DNA of 64,000 bases from Candidatus Hydrogenedentota bacterium (GTDB lineage Bacteria; Hydrogenedentota; Hydrogenedentia; Hydrogenedentales; CAITNO01). The notes beneath the pieces were generated by a model. That model was not told where the DNA came from. It saw only the letters and a list, made by a program, of their open reading frames with translations, and did no database searches. The DNA lies in NCBI GenBank assembly GCA_029776995.1, contig JAKOTZ010000017.1, positions 27,341-91,340 on the forward strand, given 5' to 3'. The translations under genes and the position numbers were made by a program. Below are positions 45,580-54,816 of the stretch, in pieces (the first letter of the stretch is position 1; the number at the start of each line of letters is the position of its first letter).

Positions 45580-47493
45580 TTATCCGGCCATCGCGCGGAT
45601 TTTTGCCAGGATGCTGTCGGGGTCAATGCCCTGATGGAACATGTGCTCGGAAAGTCCGCCGTGGCCTGGCCGGGTCACTCCCATGCTGGCATACCGCGGG
45701 GCCAGTCCCCGTTCCAGCAGCCATGTCCCGTAACGCGATCCCAGTCCGGTCTTCACGTTCTGGCTTTCCACGACCAGCACGAAGGGGGAACGGCCCGCCC
45801 GTTCCAGCATGGCGTCATCCGGCACGTTCAGGGTGGGTTTGTTGATCAGGCCCACATCGATGCCGGCCTCTTTCGCCCGCTCCACCGCGTCCAGCGCGCG
45901 GCAGAGCATATCGCCGTAGGCCACCACCCAGCCAGCCGTCCCTTCCCGGACCACTTCGTCTTTTCCAGGCGTAAAGGTATAGCCGTCACCGTACAGCTTG
46001 TTCCCGGCCGGGTCCAGGATAAACGGCAGCGTGCTGCGCAGGGTAAACACGAACCGGATACCCGGATCATCCCAGATCCGTTCCACAACCGCTTTGAGCT
46101 GCAGCGCGTCCGCCGGGAAATACAGCCGGGTAGTGTCCCCCTCCGCGATGCCGCAATCCGCCAGCATGATGTTGATTCCGTAGTGACAGGTGTTGTCCGC
46201 CATGTCGTCAATGCCGGCATGGGAGAAATGGCAGATGGCCCGCGCGCCGTTCAGCCGGGCCATGGTGAGCTCGGAAATGATCATCTCCAGAAAGGCGGAG
46301 AACGTGCTGAAGATGCCCTGCCGCGCGGGGGTGGCGTTCGGTTCAAAACCGAACCCCGCGGCCGCCGAAAAATTCCCGCGCTCCTGAACGCCTCCGTTCA
46401 GGCATACCTCCGGATATTCCTGGCGGATTCCTTTCAGTCCCGTGGATCCCTCCAGGTCTGAATCCACCACCAGCACGGCAGCCTTGCGTTCCTCTTCGCT
46501 GTAACGGCTGAGGATGCCATTCACGATTTTTCCGAATTCCACGCGGTTACTGGCCGTTTCCGCGGTACAGCCGCGGTAACTGGCTTTGACCGATACCTTC
46601 GGCACGGATTCCAGATAGGCCACCGCGTCCCCGTGTCCCCGTTCTTTCAGGTACGCGACGGCATGTTCCTTTTTGATCACATCGTGGCCGGCATGCGTGC
46701 CCTCAATGCCCGGAACCCCGGGCGCCATCTTGCGGCGGTTGATGACCGCCACCGGACCTTCCTGCCGTACTGCCTGCACCATCCGGGAAAACAGCGCCTC
46801 GATATCCTCGCCGTCCCCTGTGGATACCGGCATCCCGTGGCCTTCAAGGGTTCTGGCCACGCTGAACCCCGGCAGATATTGCGAGGGATGGCCCGATATG
46901 GTCACGTCGTTGTCATCCACAATGACTTTCACGTTCACCCGGTGGGCCACGGCGAAACGGGCCGCTTCCGCGTCATCCCCTTCCATTTGCGAACCGTCGG
47001 ATCCGAACAGGAAAACCGCTTTGCCGGGGTGCGCCTTCGCCACGCCGTTCACGAACGGCCAGAGATGGCCCAGACGGCCCGAGGCGAATTTAATGCCCAG
47101 CGCGGCGTCTGGTTCCGGGTGGCCGTAAAGCCCTTCGTTCGCCTCGCGGTAATGCAGCAGTTTTTCGAATGGCATCTCGCCGTTGAACGCCGCCAGGGCG
47201 TACTGCAGCGCCACCCGGTGCCCCCCTTCATCAAAATGCACCGGATAAATCCGGTCCGGGGCCCCTTTCATGAACGCGTCGGCGATCAGGGCCTCCGGCA
47301 CGATGCTGTAGGCGCCTCCCGTATGGCCCCCCAGCCCTTTTGCGCCCGCAACCGCCGTGAAAAAAATGATCGCGTTGCGCATCACCTGAATGTTTGTTTT
47401 CAGTTGCGCCAGCTGTTCAGGGCTCAGCCGGTCCGTCGTGAACGGATCCACAGCCAGGGGTTTGTACGCGCTGACATCCAGTGGAAAACTCAT
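45580..47493 (-). CDS. tkt: Transketolase-family ThDP-dependent enzyme.
   Basis: ThDP-binding GSDGSQMEG...VIVDDNDVTISG (the GDG-x-NDN pattern) and the pyrimidine-binding and C-terminal domains. 637 aa. Confidence 0.75.
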   Translation of the reverse strand: MSFPLDVSAYKPLAVDPFTTDRLSPEQLAQLKTNIQVMRNAIIFFTAVAGAKGLGGHTGGAYSIVPEALIADAFMKGAPDRIYPVHFDEGGHRVALQYALAAFNGEMPFEKLLHYREANEGLYGHPEPDAALGIKFASGRLGHLWPFVNGVAKAHPGKAVFLFGSDGSQMEGDDAEAARFAVAHRVNVKVIVDDNDVTISGHPSQYLPGFSVARTLEGHGMPVSTGDGEDIEALFSRMVQAVRQEGPVAVINRRKMAPGVPGIEGTHAGHDVIKKEHAVAYLKERGHGDAVAYLESVPKVSVKASYRGCTAETASNRVEFGKIVNGILSRYSEEERKAAVLVVDSDLEGSTGLKGIRQEYPEVCLNGGVQERGNFSAAAGFGFEPNATPARQGIFSTFSAFLEMIISELTMARLNGARAICHFSHAGIDDMADNTCHYGINIMLADCGIAEGDTTRLYFPADALQLKAVVERIWDDPGIRFVFTLRSTLPFILDPAGNKLYGDGYTFTPGKDEVVREGTAGWVVAYGDMLCRALDAVERAKEAGIDVGLINKPTLNVPDDAMLERAGRSPFVLVVESQNVKTGLGSRYGTWLLERGLAPRYASMGVTRPGHGGLSEHMFHQGIDPDSILAKIRAMAG

Positions 47494-47723
47494 ACTGCGG
47501 CCCTCCGCCTTGGTTTATGGAAACAATTCACGGTCGGCATCACATGACGCCGGCGTCCGGCCTGTCTGCCGGACACCGCTATAGTATAGCACTGACAGCG
47601 CCCGGCCTAAAAGCAGCGAATTTCCCCTGCCCGGCTTTTTTCGGTTCTTCAGAGCTGCAGTCCGGCCACGGAATACGGAGGAATGTCATCCTGCCGGCGG
47701 CGGTGTGGCATTATAATATACGG

Positions 47724-47957
47724 ATGGCAACAGTCCTTAGCTTGGGAGATGGTCAGGTGGCTACGTACGAATACCATGCCATACGCGCCGAAGGCGATAA
47801 AGATTCGGAAAAATCTTTCGTCGGCGGTATCGTGGTCGCCAGAGACCGGGAAGAAGCCAAAGTCAAACTCCGGCGGCACGGCCTCAAGGCAACCATGCTC
47901 AAACGCGCCCGGGGCCTTATGGCTGTTATCAAATGGTTTGACGCGGACATCCGCTGA
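47724..47957 (+). CDS. Hypothetical small protein (77 aa).
   Basis: ATG at 47724 (MATVLSLGDGQVATYEY...), immediately after a TATAAT hexamer (47712-47717). Weak Shine-Dalgarno. No homology recognised. Confidence 0.3.
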   Translation: MATVLSLGDGQVATYEYHAIRAEGDKDSEKSFVGGIVVARDREEAKVKLRRHGLKATMLKRARGLMAVIKWFDADIR

Positions 47958-47998
47958 ACCTGCCAACCGCGGGAGACGGCCTGAAAATCACCGTATCG

Positions 47999-49924
47999 TT
48001 AAGGGCTTTTCGCCGCGCCCCCTTGAAAAAGGAACAGCGCGCCGGCCGGCGCCCATCCCGGCAGGGCAGGTATTTCTTCGGCCAGTTCTTCCCCGAAGCG
48101 TATCAGCGCCTCGCCCATTTCTTTTTCGCCACTTTCACGTAGCACTGTTCCGCCAAAAACCAGGATATCCGGCCAGTATCCTTCCGTCCGGCTCCCCACG
48201 GTTTCCAGCCATAATCTGGCCTCCTCTCCTCGGCCCATGGACGATGCCACCCGCGCCTGGCCGAAATGGGCCGCGTCCCGCGCGGCCCGCGGCAGCGGCC
48301 ATTCCCACGGCATGCGGCCCCGCACCGCCGGATGGCTGAACCAGCCGGGGGTAACCGCCAGCAGCCGGTCCATGCCGGCCACCCGCAGCGCAACGGTTCC
48401 CGGGGCCGACGCGGGATCCGTTGACTCATCCAGCAGCTGGACCAGCGCCACCCGCCACGCGGCATCTGACCACCCGGACCGTGCCATCGCGGCCGCCCCT
48501 GACTGCTCTGCCTCCCACGCCTTCGCCGCGGACGCCGCTGCAGCCGCCGCCTCCCGGTTCAGCCAGGCGAAACGGAACCCGTTCACCAACAGCACCAGCG
48601 CCGCAGTCCCCACGATCAGATATCCGCCCAGGAAAAAGCACGCGCCAGGGCGCCGCATCGTATTCCCATTGCAGGCCCCCGGTTCCTGTGCTGCCGTACA
48701 CGCCATTCCGCACGCCGCCATCGGAAAAAACAGGATCCACCTTACCGGCAGGATCAGCAGCAGGGACAGCACGACCACCCGCCATCCTCCCATGTCCGCA
48801 TCGGTTACTCCGGTCCGCAAACCTCTGGTTCCGCTCCGCCAATTTCGCCACAGCAGCACAACCAGCCAGACGAAAATCGCAATCCCCGCGGCTCCAGATT
48901 CCGTAACAGTCCCGCCCAGCCAGGGCAGGGACATCGGCAATGACCAGGGTTGATCCGACCGATATATCAGATTTTCCGCTCCCCCGGGTCCCGCTCCCAT
49001 CCATCCCGAATGCGCCAGCCGTGATACTCCCGACCGGAAGACCTTTGCCAAATCCTCCCAACCGCCCAAAATCAGCCCGTGTCCAAACCACAGGATTGCC
49101 GCCATGAGCAGCACTGGCGCCCCTATATACCGGTACGGATTCCCGGCTTCCGGGGAGCGCTTCCGGAACAGCCGCCACGCGCCCAAACCCGTCGGCACGC
49201 CCAGCGCCACCAGGGCGCCAAGGGGCGCCACAGCCGCCGTCAGTAGCGCTAAAACGGTCAGTCGGATCAGTTCCGCCGGGTGAACCGCGGACGCCCTGAT
49301 GAAACGCGCCACATAAAAAGCCAATACACAGCTCAGGGGAAATGCCAGCGGATCCGATCCGTCCGCCGCGGCGGCAAACCCCGCCAGCGGCAGCAGCAGG
49401 CGCGCCACGGCGGCAGCTGCGCAGGAAACCGCAAGTGCCCGAAATACACGCGTGATCGACCGCCGGGGAGATGCCGATGAGGCCAGAAGCAGATATCCCG
49501 CCACACCCACGGCAGCCGATCCCGCCAGGGAGATCAGGGCATCCCGTTCTCTGTCCGGATCATGCAGCCCGGGGGATATCAGGCCGGCCGCCAGCAGTAT
49601 TGCCGTTGGGATACACAAACCGGCAATGCCCGGAAAAAAATAAAGGGTTCTCCGCATGTGCCAGACCGCCTGGGCTGATCCCAGCGCGACACAGACCGCC
49701 CCGAACACCGCTACCAGTGATAAACCGGGGGGCACCATTTCCAGCAGTGGAACAGTCCCGGGCGCCAGGCGGACGCTGATTTCCCGCAGAAAACGCGTCG
49801 GTACAACCGCAAGATCCCTCCACGGCGCCAGCGCCAGCGTCAGGGTAAAAAAGAACACCCCTGCATCCGCAATGGCACAGGGGCGGAAAAGCCGGGCCGG
49901 CACTTTACCCAGCCGGCGGATCAT
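47999..49924 (-). CDS. Polytopic membrane protein, O-antigen-ligase/Wzy-like, with a C-terminal soluble TPR-like domain.
   Basis: About 12 transmembrane segments with a large periplasmic loop. Ala-rich C-terminal repeats. Confidence 0.5.
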   Translation of the reverse strand: MIRRLGKVPARLFRPCAIADAGVFFFTLTLALAPWRDLAVVPTRFLREISVRLAPGTVPLLEMVPPGLSLVAVFGAVCVALGSAQAVWHMRRTLYFFPGIAGLCIPTAILLAAGLISPGLHDPDRERDALISLAGSAAVGVAGYLLLASSASPRRSITRVFRALAVSCAAAAVARLLLPLAGFAAAADGSDPLAFPLSCVLAFYVARFIRASAVHPAELIRLTVLALLTAAVAPLGALVALGVPTGLGAWRLFRKRSPEAGNPYRYIGAPVLLMAAILWFGHGLILGGWEDLAKVFRSGVSRLAHSGWMGAGPGGAENLIYRSDQPWSLPMSLPWLGGTVTESGAAGIAIFVWLVVLLWRNWRSGTRGLRTGVTDADMGGWRVVVLSLLLILPVRWILFFPMAACGMACTAAQEPGACNGNTMRRPGACFFLGGYLIVGTAALVLLVNGFRFAWLNREAAAAAASAAKAWEAEQSGAAAMARSGWSDAAWRVALVQLLDESTDPASAPGTVALRVAGMDRLLAVTPGWFSHPAVRGRMPWEWPLPRAARDAAHFGQARVASSMGRGEEARLWLETVGSRTEGYWPDILVFGGTVLRESGEKEMGEALIRFGEELAEEIPALPGWAPAGALFLFQGGAAKSP

Positions 49925-49927
49925 GGA

Positions 49928-50452
49928 TCAGGACCCCGATACTTCCCGGGATTCCTCCACCGGCACCGCGGCGGGAGCTGCCTGCGAGGCGTCCGATCCG
50001 CCGCTCAGTTTGGCCATGATGGCATCTGCCAGTTTCTGGGTGGCCCGCTCATCTTTCAGTTTGCGGTCGTGCCACCCCGGATCCGTAAGCAGGGTTACCC
50101 CATAAACCTGGCGTACCGCTTCAATGTGAATATTGGTCTCTTTTTCGCCTGCCGGAGTCAGGTTGATGGTGTATTTGATCCGGTGCGGCTGCACGAACAG
50201 CAGACGGTACGTATCTCCATAAGCGACGAACAGCCCCCGTTTGTCCCGGGTATAAATTTCCAGGTTCTGTTCCCGCAGGGCCGCTTTAACCGCCTGCCAG
50301 GCTTCCTCAAAAGGCACATCCGCCCGCAGGTCCCGTGTTACCGCGAAACCGGTCGTATCACGGGCGCTGCGCGCGCAGGCTGGCATCAGCGCCACGGCCG
50401 CCAGCATTACCGACAATACCGCAAACCACGTAAACGCGCGTGTCCGGGCCAT
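49928..50452 (-). CDS. Lipoprotein of unknown function.
   Basis: GGAGGG Shine-Dalgarno. Signal peptide with a lipobox-like LMPACA motif. Confidence 0.55.
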   Translation of the reverse strand: MARTRAFTWFAVLSVMLAAVALMPACARSARDTTGFAVTRDLRADVPFEEAWQAVKAALREQNLEIYTRDKRGLFVAYGDTYRLLFVQPHRIKYTINLTPAGEKETNIHIEAVRQVYGVTLLTDPGWHDRKLKDERATQKLADAIMAKLSGGSDASQAAPAAVPVEESREVSGS

Positions 50453-50684
50453 AGTCTTGCCCTCCGTTTCACCGCATTTTATCACATCCCCTTAACGGGT
50501 ACCAATAAACGGAAATGCCGGTTCCGCCGATTCTAACAATAAATGCAACCCCTGCTGAGTTTTGGTGTGAATAAGGTGGCGGCCAAGACGCGGGAGGAAT
50601 TGAAAAGTAGAAGATAGCAAATTTAGAATTACCATTCAGGCCAGCTGGCATTACGACTTCATTTTCTTACAGAAAGGATATAGA

Positions 50685-53600
50685 GTGAGTAACGACTTGT
50701 CCTCTTTGTGTGGGCAGCGGATTTTGCTCGCCGGCCACTACGCTGAACCTGTGGTTTTGGAGGAAGCGCGGTTGATTGGTTCCAATGATATGCCAGTCTA
50801 TGAATGCCGTGTTCGTCTTTCCAATGGATCCTTAGAGGAGGTTGTTATTTCCGCGGAAGAGGCCGAGGCTATCTTCAGCAAAAAACATGGCTCTGCCGAA
50901 AAGGATTTGGTGGACGCCGAAAAGCTTCGGCTTCTGATCGAATCGGCTCGAATCCGTTTAGCCTATGCGTATGACCAACAGTTTGCGGTGAGTCTTTCTG
51001 GCATCCGGACGTTGCCGCATCAGATTGAAGCGGTGTACCAGGCAATGCTTCCTCAGCCCAGGTTGCGTTTCTTGCTGGCAGATGATCCTGGAGCCGGAAA
51101 GACAATCATGGCCGGGCTCCTGATAAAGGAGCTAAAGTTGCGTGAGGCGATTGATCGCATCCTCATCCTATGTCCCGCGCCGCTCACCGTGCAGTGGCAG
51201 GACGAGATGCTTCGCTGGTTCAGCGAGCCTTTTGACATTATCTTTTCCGCTGTCGACCAACAGCAATTGACCAATCCATGGCAGAGGTCTTCACAGATCA
51301 TTGCGTCCATTGACTACGCCAAGCAGGAAGACGTGCGCGAGCGTGTCTGGCAACAGCGGTGGGATCTCGTCATCATCGACGAGGCCCACAAGTGTTCGGC
51401 CAGGACCGCCACAGGTGGACAGAATCGAGAATCCAAAGTCGCGACAACGAAGCGCTATGACCTGGCCTTGCGTCTCACATCTCAGGCAGACCACGTTCTC
51501 CTCCTGACGGCCACACCCCACCATGGGGACGAAGACAAATTTGCTCATTTCCTGCGACTCATTGATCCGGATCTTTTTCCGGAACCGCACCGGCTGGCAA
51601 AACAGGCCGGTGAAATTCGGCAGAATGTCTTTCGACTGGGAAAAGATTCACCATGGTGCTTGCGGCGTCTCAAGGAAGATCTTCGGGATGCGAACGGCAA
51701 GCGGCTTTTTCCTGATCGTCATGCCAGGACTGTCGCGTTTACGCTGAATAGCGACGAATACGCTCTCTACAAAAGCGTAACCGCATACATCAATGAGTTT
51801 ATCCCGCAACAGACCGGGCAAAAGCGTTCTTCTGCGGCGTTGACCCGAACTGTCCTGCAACGAAGGCTGGTGAGCTCCACCTGCGCGATACACGAGTCCC
51901 TCAAACGGCGTCTGAAAAAACAGGAAGGCCTTCTGGAAGAACTTGAGGGGCTCACGCCGGACCAGCGCGCCAAACGATTGGCCGCTTTGCAGGGTCGACG
52001 GTCTGATGCCGAACAGGATGAAGACGATCTTGACGATGCGGAACGGGATCAATTGGTTGATGAGTATACGACTGCGCAGGAACTTGAACAGTTGCGTGCG
52101 GAGATCTCCGCCCTCAGGGAACTTGTCGAGCAGGCGCGAAGGGTTCGTGAAAACGCGAATGATTCCAAACTGGCCGCATTGAAGAAATGCCTCAATGATG
52201 CCCAGTTTCAGGACCTGAAGGATGGTCGGGGAAAGCTTCTGATCTTTACGGAACACCGGGATACCCTTGGCTACGTGCGCGGGCATCTGGAACGGTGGGG
52301 GTTCAGCACCTGCGAAATCCATGGCGGCATGAACCCCCATGAACGCAAACGCACTCAGGAGGTCTTTCGGACCAGTGCGCAGGTGTGCGTCGCCACGGAA
52401 GCTGCCGGCGAAGGGATCAACCTCCAGTTCTGCCACCTGATGATCAATTATGATATGCCCTGGAACCCGACCCGGCTGGAGCAGCGATTAGGGCGTATTC
52501 ATCGCATTGGCCAGGACCGGGATGTCTATGTTTTCAACTTCGTGGCCACGGATTCCGAGGACGGACAGCCCATTGTGGAAGGCCGGATTCTTCATCGACT
52601 TCTGGAAAAACTTGACCAGATGAACGAGGCCCTTGAAGGTCGCGTTTTCGATGTGATCGGCGAAGTACTGTCCCTGAACGACGTAAACCTCCCGGATATG
52701 CTCCGTGATGCAGCTTATGACCCCAGGCGGCTCGACGAATACCTCGACCAGATCGACCGTATCGACCCAGTAAAGCTTAAAGAATACGAAAAAGCCACGG
52801 GTATTGCGCTCGCGCGCAGCCATGTGGATTTTTCCGCGTTTCAGCAACGGAACCTCGAGGTTGAGGAAAAGCGGCTGATGCCTCGATATGTCGAGGCGCA
52901 ATTCATTGCGGCCGCCCGTGAAGTTGGCCTTCGGGTCGAGCCGAGAGCCGACGGGCTGTGGCGCATCGAACATGTCATTGCGGATCTTCGTTCGGAAAGG
53001 CTGCGCTCTGTTCAAAAAATCGGAAAACCGGAATCCGCCTATCGTAAGATCACTTTTCACAAACAGCACCTCGAGCAGGACGCCCACCTGGATGCCGTGC
53101 TGGTAGGTCCTGGCCATCCGCTCTATGCGGCGGTGGATGAGAAGCTCAATGAGCGTCTGGAAACGTTGGTCGGAGGTATTGGTTTCTTCATCGATCCCTT
53201 GTGCAGAGAACCTTATCGTATCCATTTCCTTGAGATTTCAATTCTCGGCACGGACTCGAAAGGAAACAATGTGCCGCTTTATGGTGAACTCCTTGCTGTG
53301 CGGGAAGAAATTGGGAAGTGCGAAGTCATCCCAAGCGACATCCTCCTCAACCTGGCGGCACATCCGCGCCCACCGAGAGAAATCGATACGAAAACCCAGG
53401 CTGCGAGCGTGTCACAAGCCATCGATTTTTTAAAAAGCACCTATCAGCTCGAGTGCCGCGCCCGTTGTCAGCGCGAGCGACAGCATTTCGCGCAGATTTG
53501 CCGGGAGTATCTGGAAAAGTCGTTCAAAGCCCGGATCGACCACGCCCAGCGAAGGGCGATGGAGCTTGCCGCCGAAGCAGTTTCCAAACCGGAGTTCAAG

Positions 53601-54212
53601 TTGGCTGCGGACGAGGCCAAAAAAGACGTAGATGAACTTGAGCGCGCACGCCAGGAAAGGCTCACCGGTTTAAAACAGCTTGAAACTGCCAGAACCGGGC
53701 CAATTAAACATGTGGGGACGGCCTTTGTACTCCCTCCAGATGCCGACATGCCAGCCCAGCTCGCCGATCTGGCCGAGGATCTCGATCCGAATATCCGCCG
53801 GCAGGTCGAGATCGCCGCGGAAGACAGGGTCGTTGAAGCGCTGGTCGCCGAGGGCTTTCCCCCTGACCGCATTGAGCGGGTCGGCCATCTGCATTTGGGA
53901 TTCGACATCCGGGCCCAAAGGATCGCCGATGAAAATACCGGCGAAATTTTTGTGAAAAGAATCGAGGTCAAAGGACGCAGGCGGGGACAGCCGGTAAGGC
54001 TTACCACCAACGAGTGGTACAAGGCCCAGCAACTGGCCGAAACCTACTGGCTGTACGTGGTGTGGGACCCCCTGGGAGATACTCCGGAAATCGTGCGCAT
54101 ACATAACCCTGTTGCCAAACTCGACCATGCCAAACGGGAGATCGTGGCGGCGAGATTCTATGAAATCTCTGCCGAGGCGGTGCAGAATGCTGGATTGCGG
54201 GAGATGAGGTGA
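50685..54212 (+). CDS. SNF2/Swi2-family helicase with a C-terminal DUF3883-like (restriction-endonuclease-fold-like) domain. It is the helicase component of a helicase-methylase-ATPase defence module.
   Basis: GTG start after AAAGGA. Helicase motifs I LADDPGAGKT, II VIIDEAHK, III LLLTATP, and VI QRLGRIHRIGQ. A coiled-coil middle region. The C-terminal ~100 aa (VKRIEVKGRRRGQPVRLTTNEWYKAQQLAETYWLYVVWD) resemble DUF3883. Confidence 0.85.
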   Translation: MSNDLSSLCGQRILLAGHYAEPVVLEEARLIGSNDMPVYECRVRLSNGSLEEVVISAEEAEAIFSKKHGSAEKDLVDAEKLRLLIESARIRLAYAYDQQFAVSLSGIRTLPHQIEAVYQAMLPQPRLRFLLADDPGAGKTIMAGLLIKELKLREAIDRILILCPAPLTVQWQDEMLRWFSEPFDIIFSAVDQQQLTNPWQRSSQIIASIDYAKQEDVRERVWQQRWDLVIIDEAHKCSARTATGGQNRESKVATTKRYDLALRLTSQADHVLLLTATPHHGDEDKFAHFLRLIDPDLFPEPHRLAKQAGEIRQNVFRLGKDSPWCLRRLKEDLRDANGKRLFPDRHARTVAFTLNSDEYALYKSVTAYINEFIPQQTGQKRSSAALTRTVLQRRLVSSTCAIHESLKRRLKKQEGLLEELEGLTPDQRAKRLAALQGRRSDAEQDEDDLDDAERDQLVDEYTTAQELEQLRAEISALRELVEQARRVRENANDSKLAALKKCLNDAQFQDLKDGRGKLLIFTEHRDTLGYVRGHLERWGFSTCEIHGGMNPHERKRTQEVFRTSAQVCVATEAAGEGINLQFCHLMINYDMPWNPTRLEQRLGRIHRIGQDRDVYVFNFVATDSEDGQPIVEGRILHRLLEKLDQMNEALEGRVFDVIGEVLSLNDVNLPDMLRDAAYDPRRLDEYLDQIDRIDPVKLKEYEKATGIALARSHVDFSAFQQRNLEVEEKRLMPRYVEAQFIAAAREVGLRVEPRADGLWRIEHVIADLRSERLRSVQKIGKPESAYRKITFHKQHLEQDAHLDAVLVGPGHPLYAAVDEKLNERLETLVGGIGFFIDPLCREPYRIHFLEISILGTDSKGNNVPLYGELLAVREEIGKCEVIPSDILLNLAAHPRPPREIDTKTQAASVSQAIDFLKSTYQLECRARCQRERQHFAQICREYLEKSFKARIDHAQRRAMELAAEAVSKPEFKLAADEAKKDVDELERARQERLTGLKQLETARTGPIKHVGTAFVLPPDADMPAQLADLAEDLDPNIRRQVEIAAEDRVVEALVAEGFPPDRIERVGHLHLGFDIRAQRIADENTGEIFVKRIEVKGRRRGQPVRLTTNEWYKAQQLAETYWLYVVWDPLGDTPEIVRIHNPVAKLDHAKREIVAARFYEISAEAVQNAGLREMR

Positions 54213-54215
54213 ACA

Positions 54216-54806
54216 GTGGAGCGAAGTGAACTTACCGAACTGCACTACATTACGCCTATTGCCAATTTGCCATCCATTCTCCGGCATGGCATTCTGTCTC
54301 ATAACCGCGCCAAACGTATTGAGCATCAATCTGTGGCAATGAATGAGATTCAAGACCGACGGGCTAAAGTGGTCGTTCCCGGCGGGAAAAAACTCCATGA
54401 TTATGTAAATTTGTATGTCTGCGCCAGAAACCCGATGATGTACAAATGTCAGGCGCAGTTCAAGGAAATTTGCGTTCTGAAAATCAGCACTGATGTAGTG
54501 GATCTACCTGGGGTAGTGATTACCGACGGTAATGCTTCCGGAGACTATGTGCGGTTTTCGGCAGCGCCGAAGGGGTTGGCGATTGTGGATCGGGATTGGA
54601 CCTTTGCGGATGATTGGCGAGACCCCGATCAGATTCAGTATTATCATAAAAAGGCTGCCAAGTGTGCCGAAGTGTTAGTGCCGGATCAGGTAAATGCGGA
54701 TTACATCATGGGCGCCTACGTCGTGTGTCAGGAATCCCAAGAGACGATCAAGGATTTGGTCCAGCATCTTTTTGTGGTAATAAATGGCCATCTTTTTTTT
54801 AGGTAG
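54216..54806 (+). CDS. darT: DarT-family (DUF4433) DNA ADP-ribosyltransferase toxin.
   Basis: GTG start 4 nt after the helicase stop. N-terminal LHYITPIANLPSILRHGILSHNR and C-terminal AEVLVPDQV signatures of DarT. GC content is about 48%. Confidence 0.85.
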   Translation: MERSELTELHYITPIANLPSILRHGILSHNRAKRIEHQSVAMNEIQDRRAKVVVPGGKKLHDYVNLYVCARNPMMYKCQAQFKEICVLKISTDVVDLPGVVITDGNASGDYVRFSAAPKGLAIVDRDWTFADDWRDPDQIQYYHKKAAKCAEVLVPDQVNADYIMGAYVVCQESQETIKDLVQHLFVVINGHLFFR

Positions 54807-54816
54807 GAAGAAAGGT

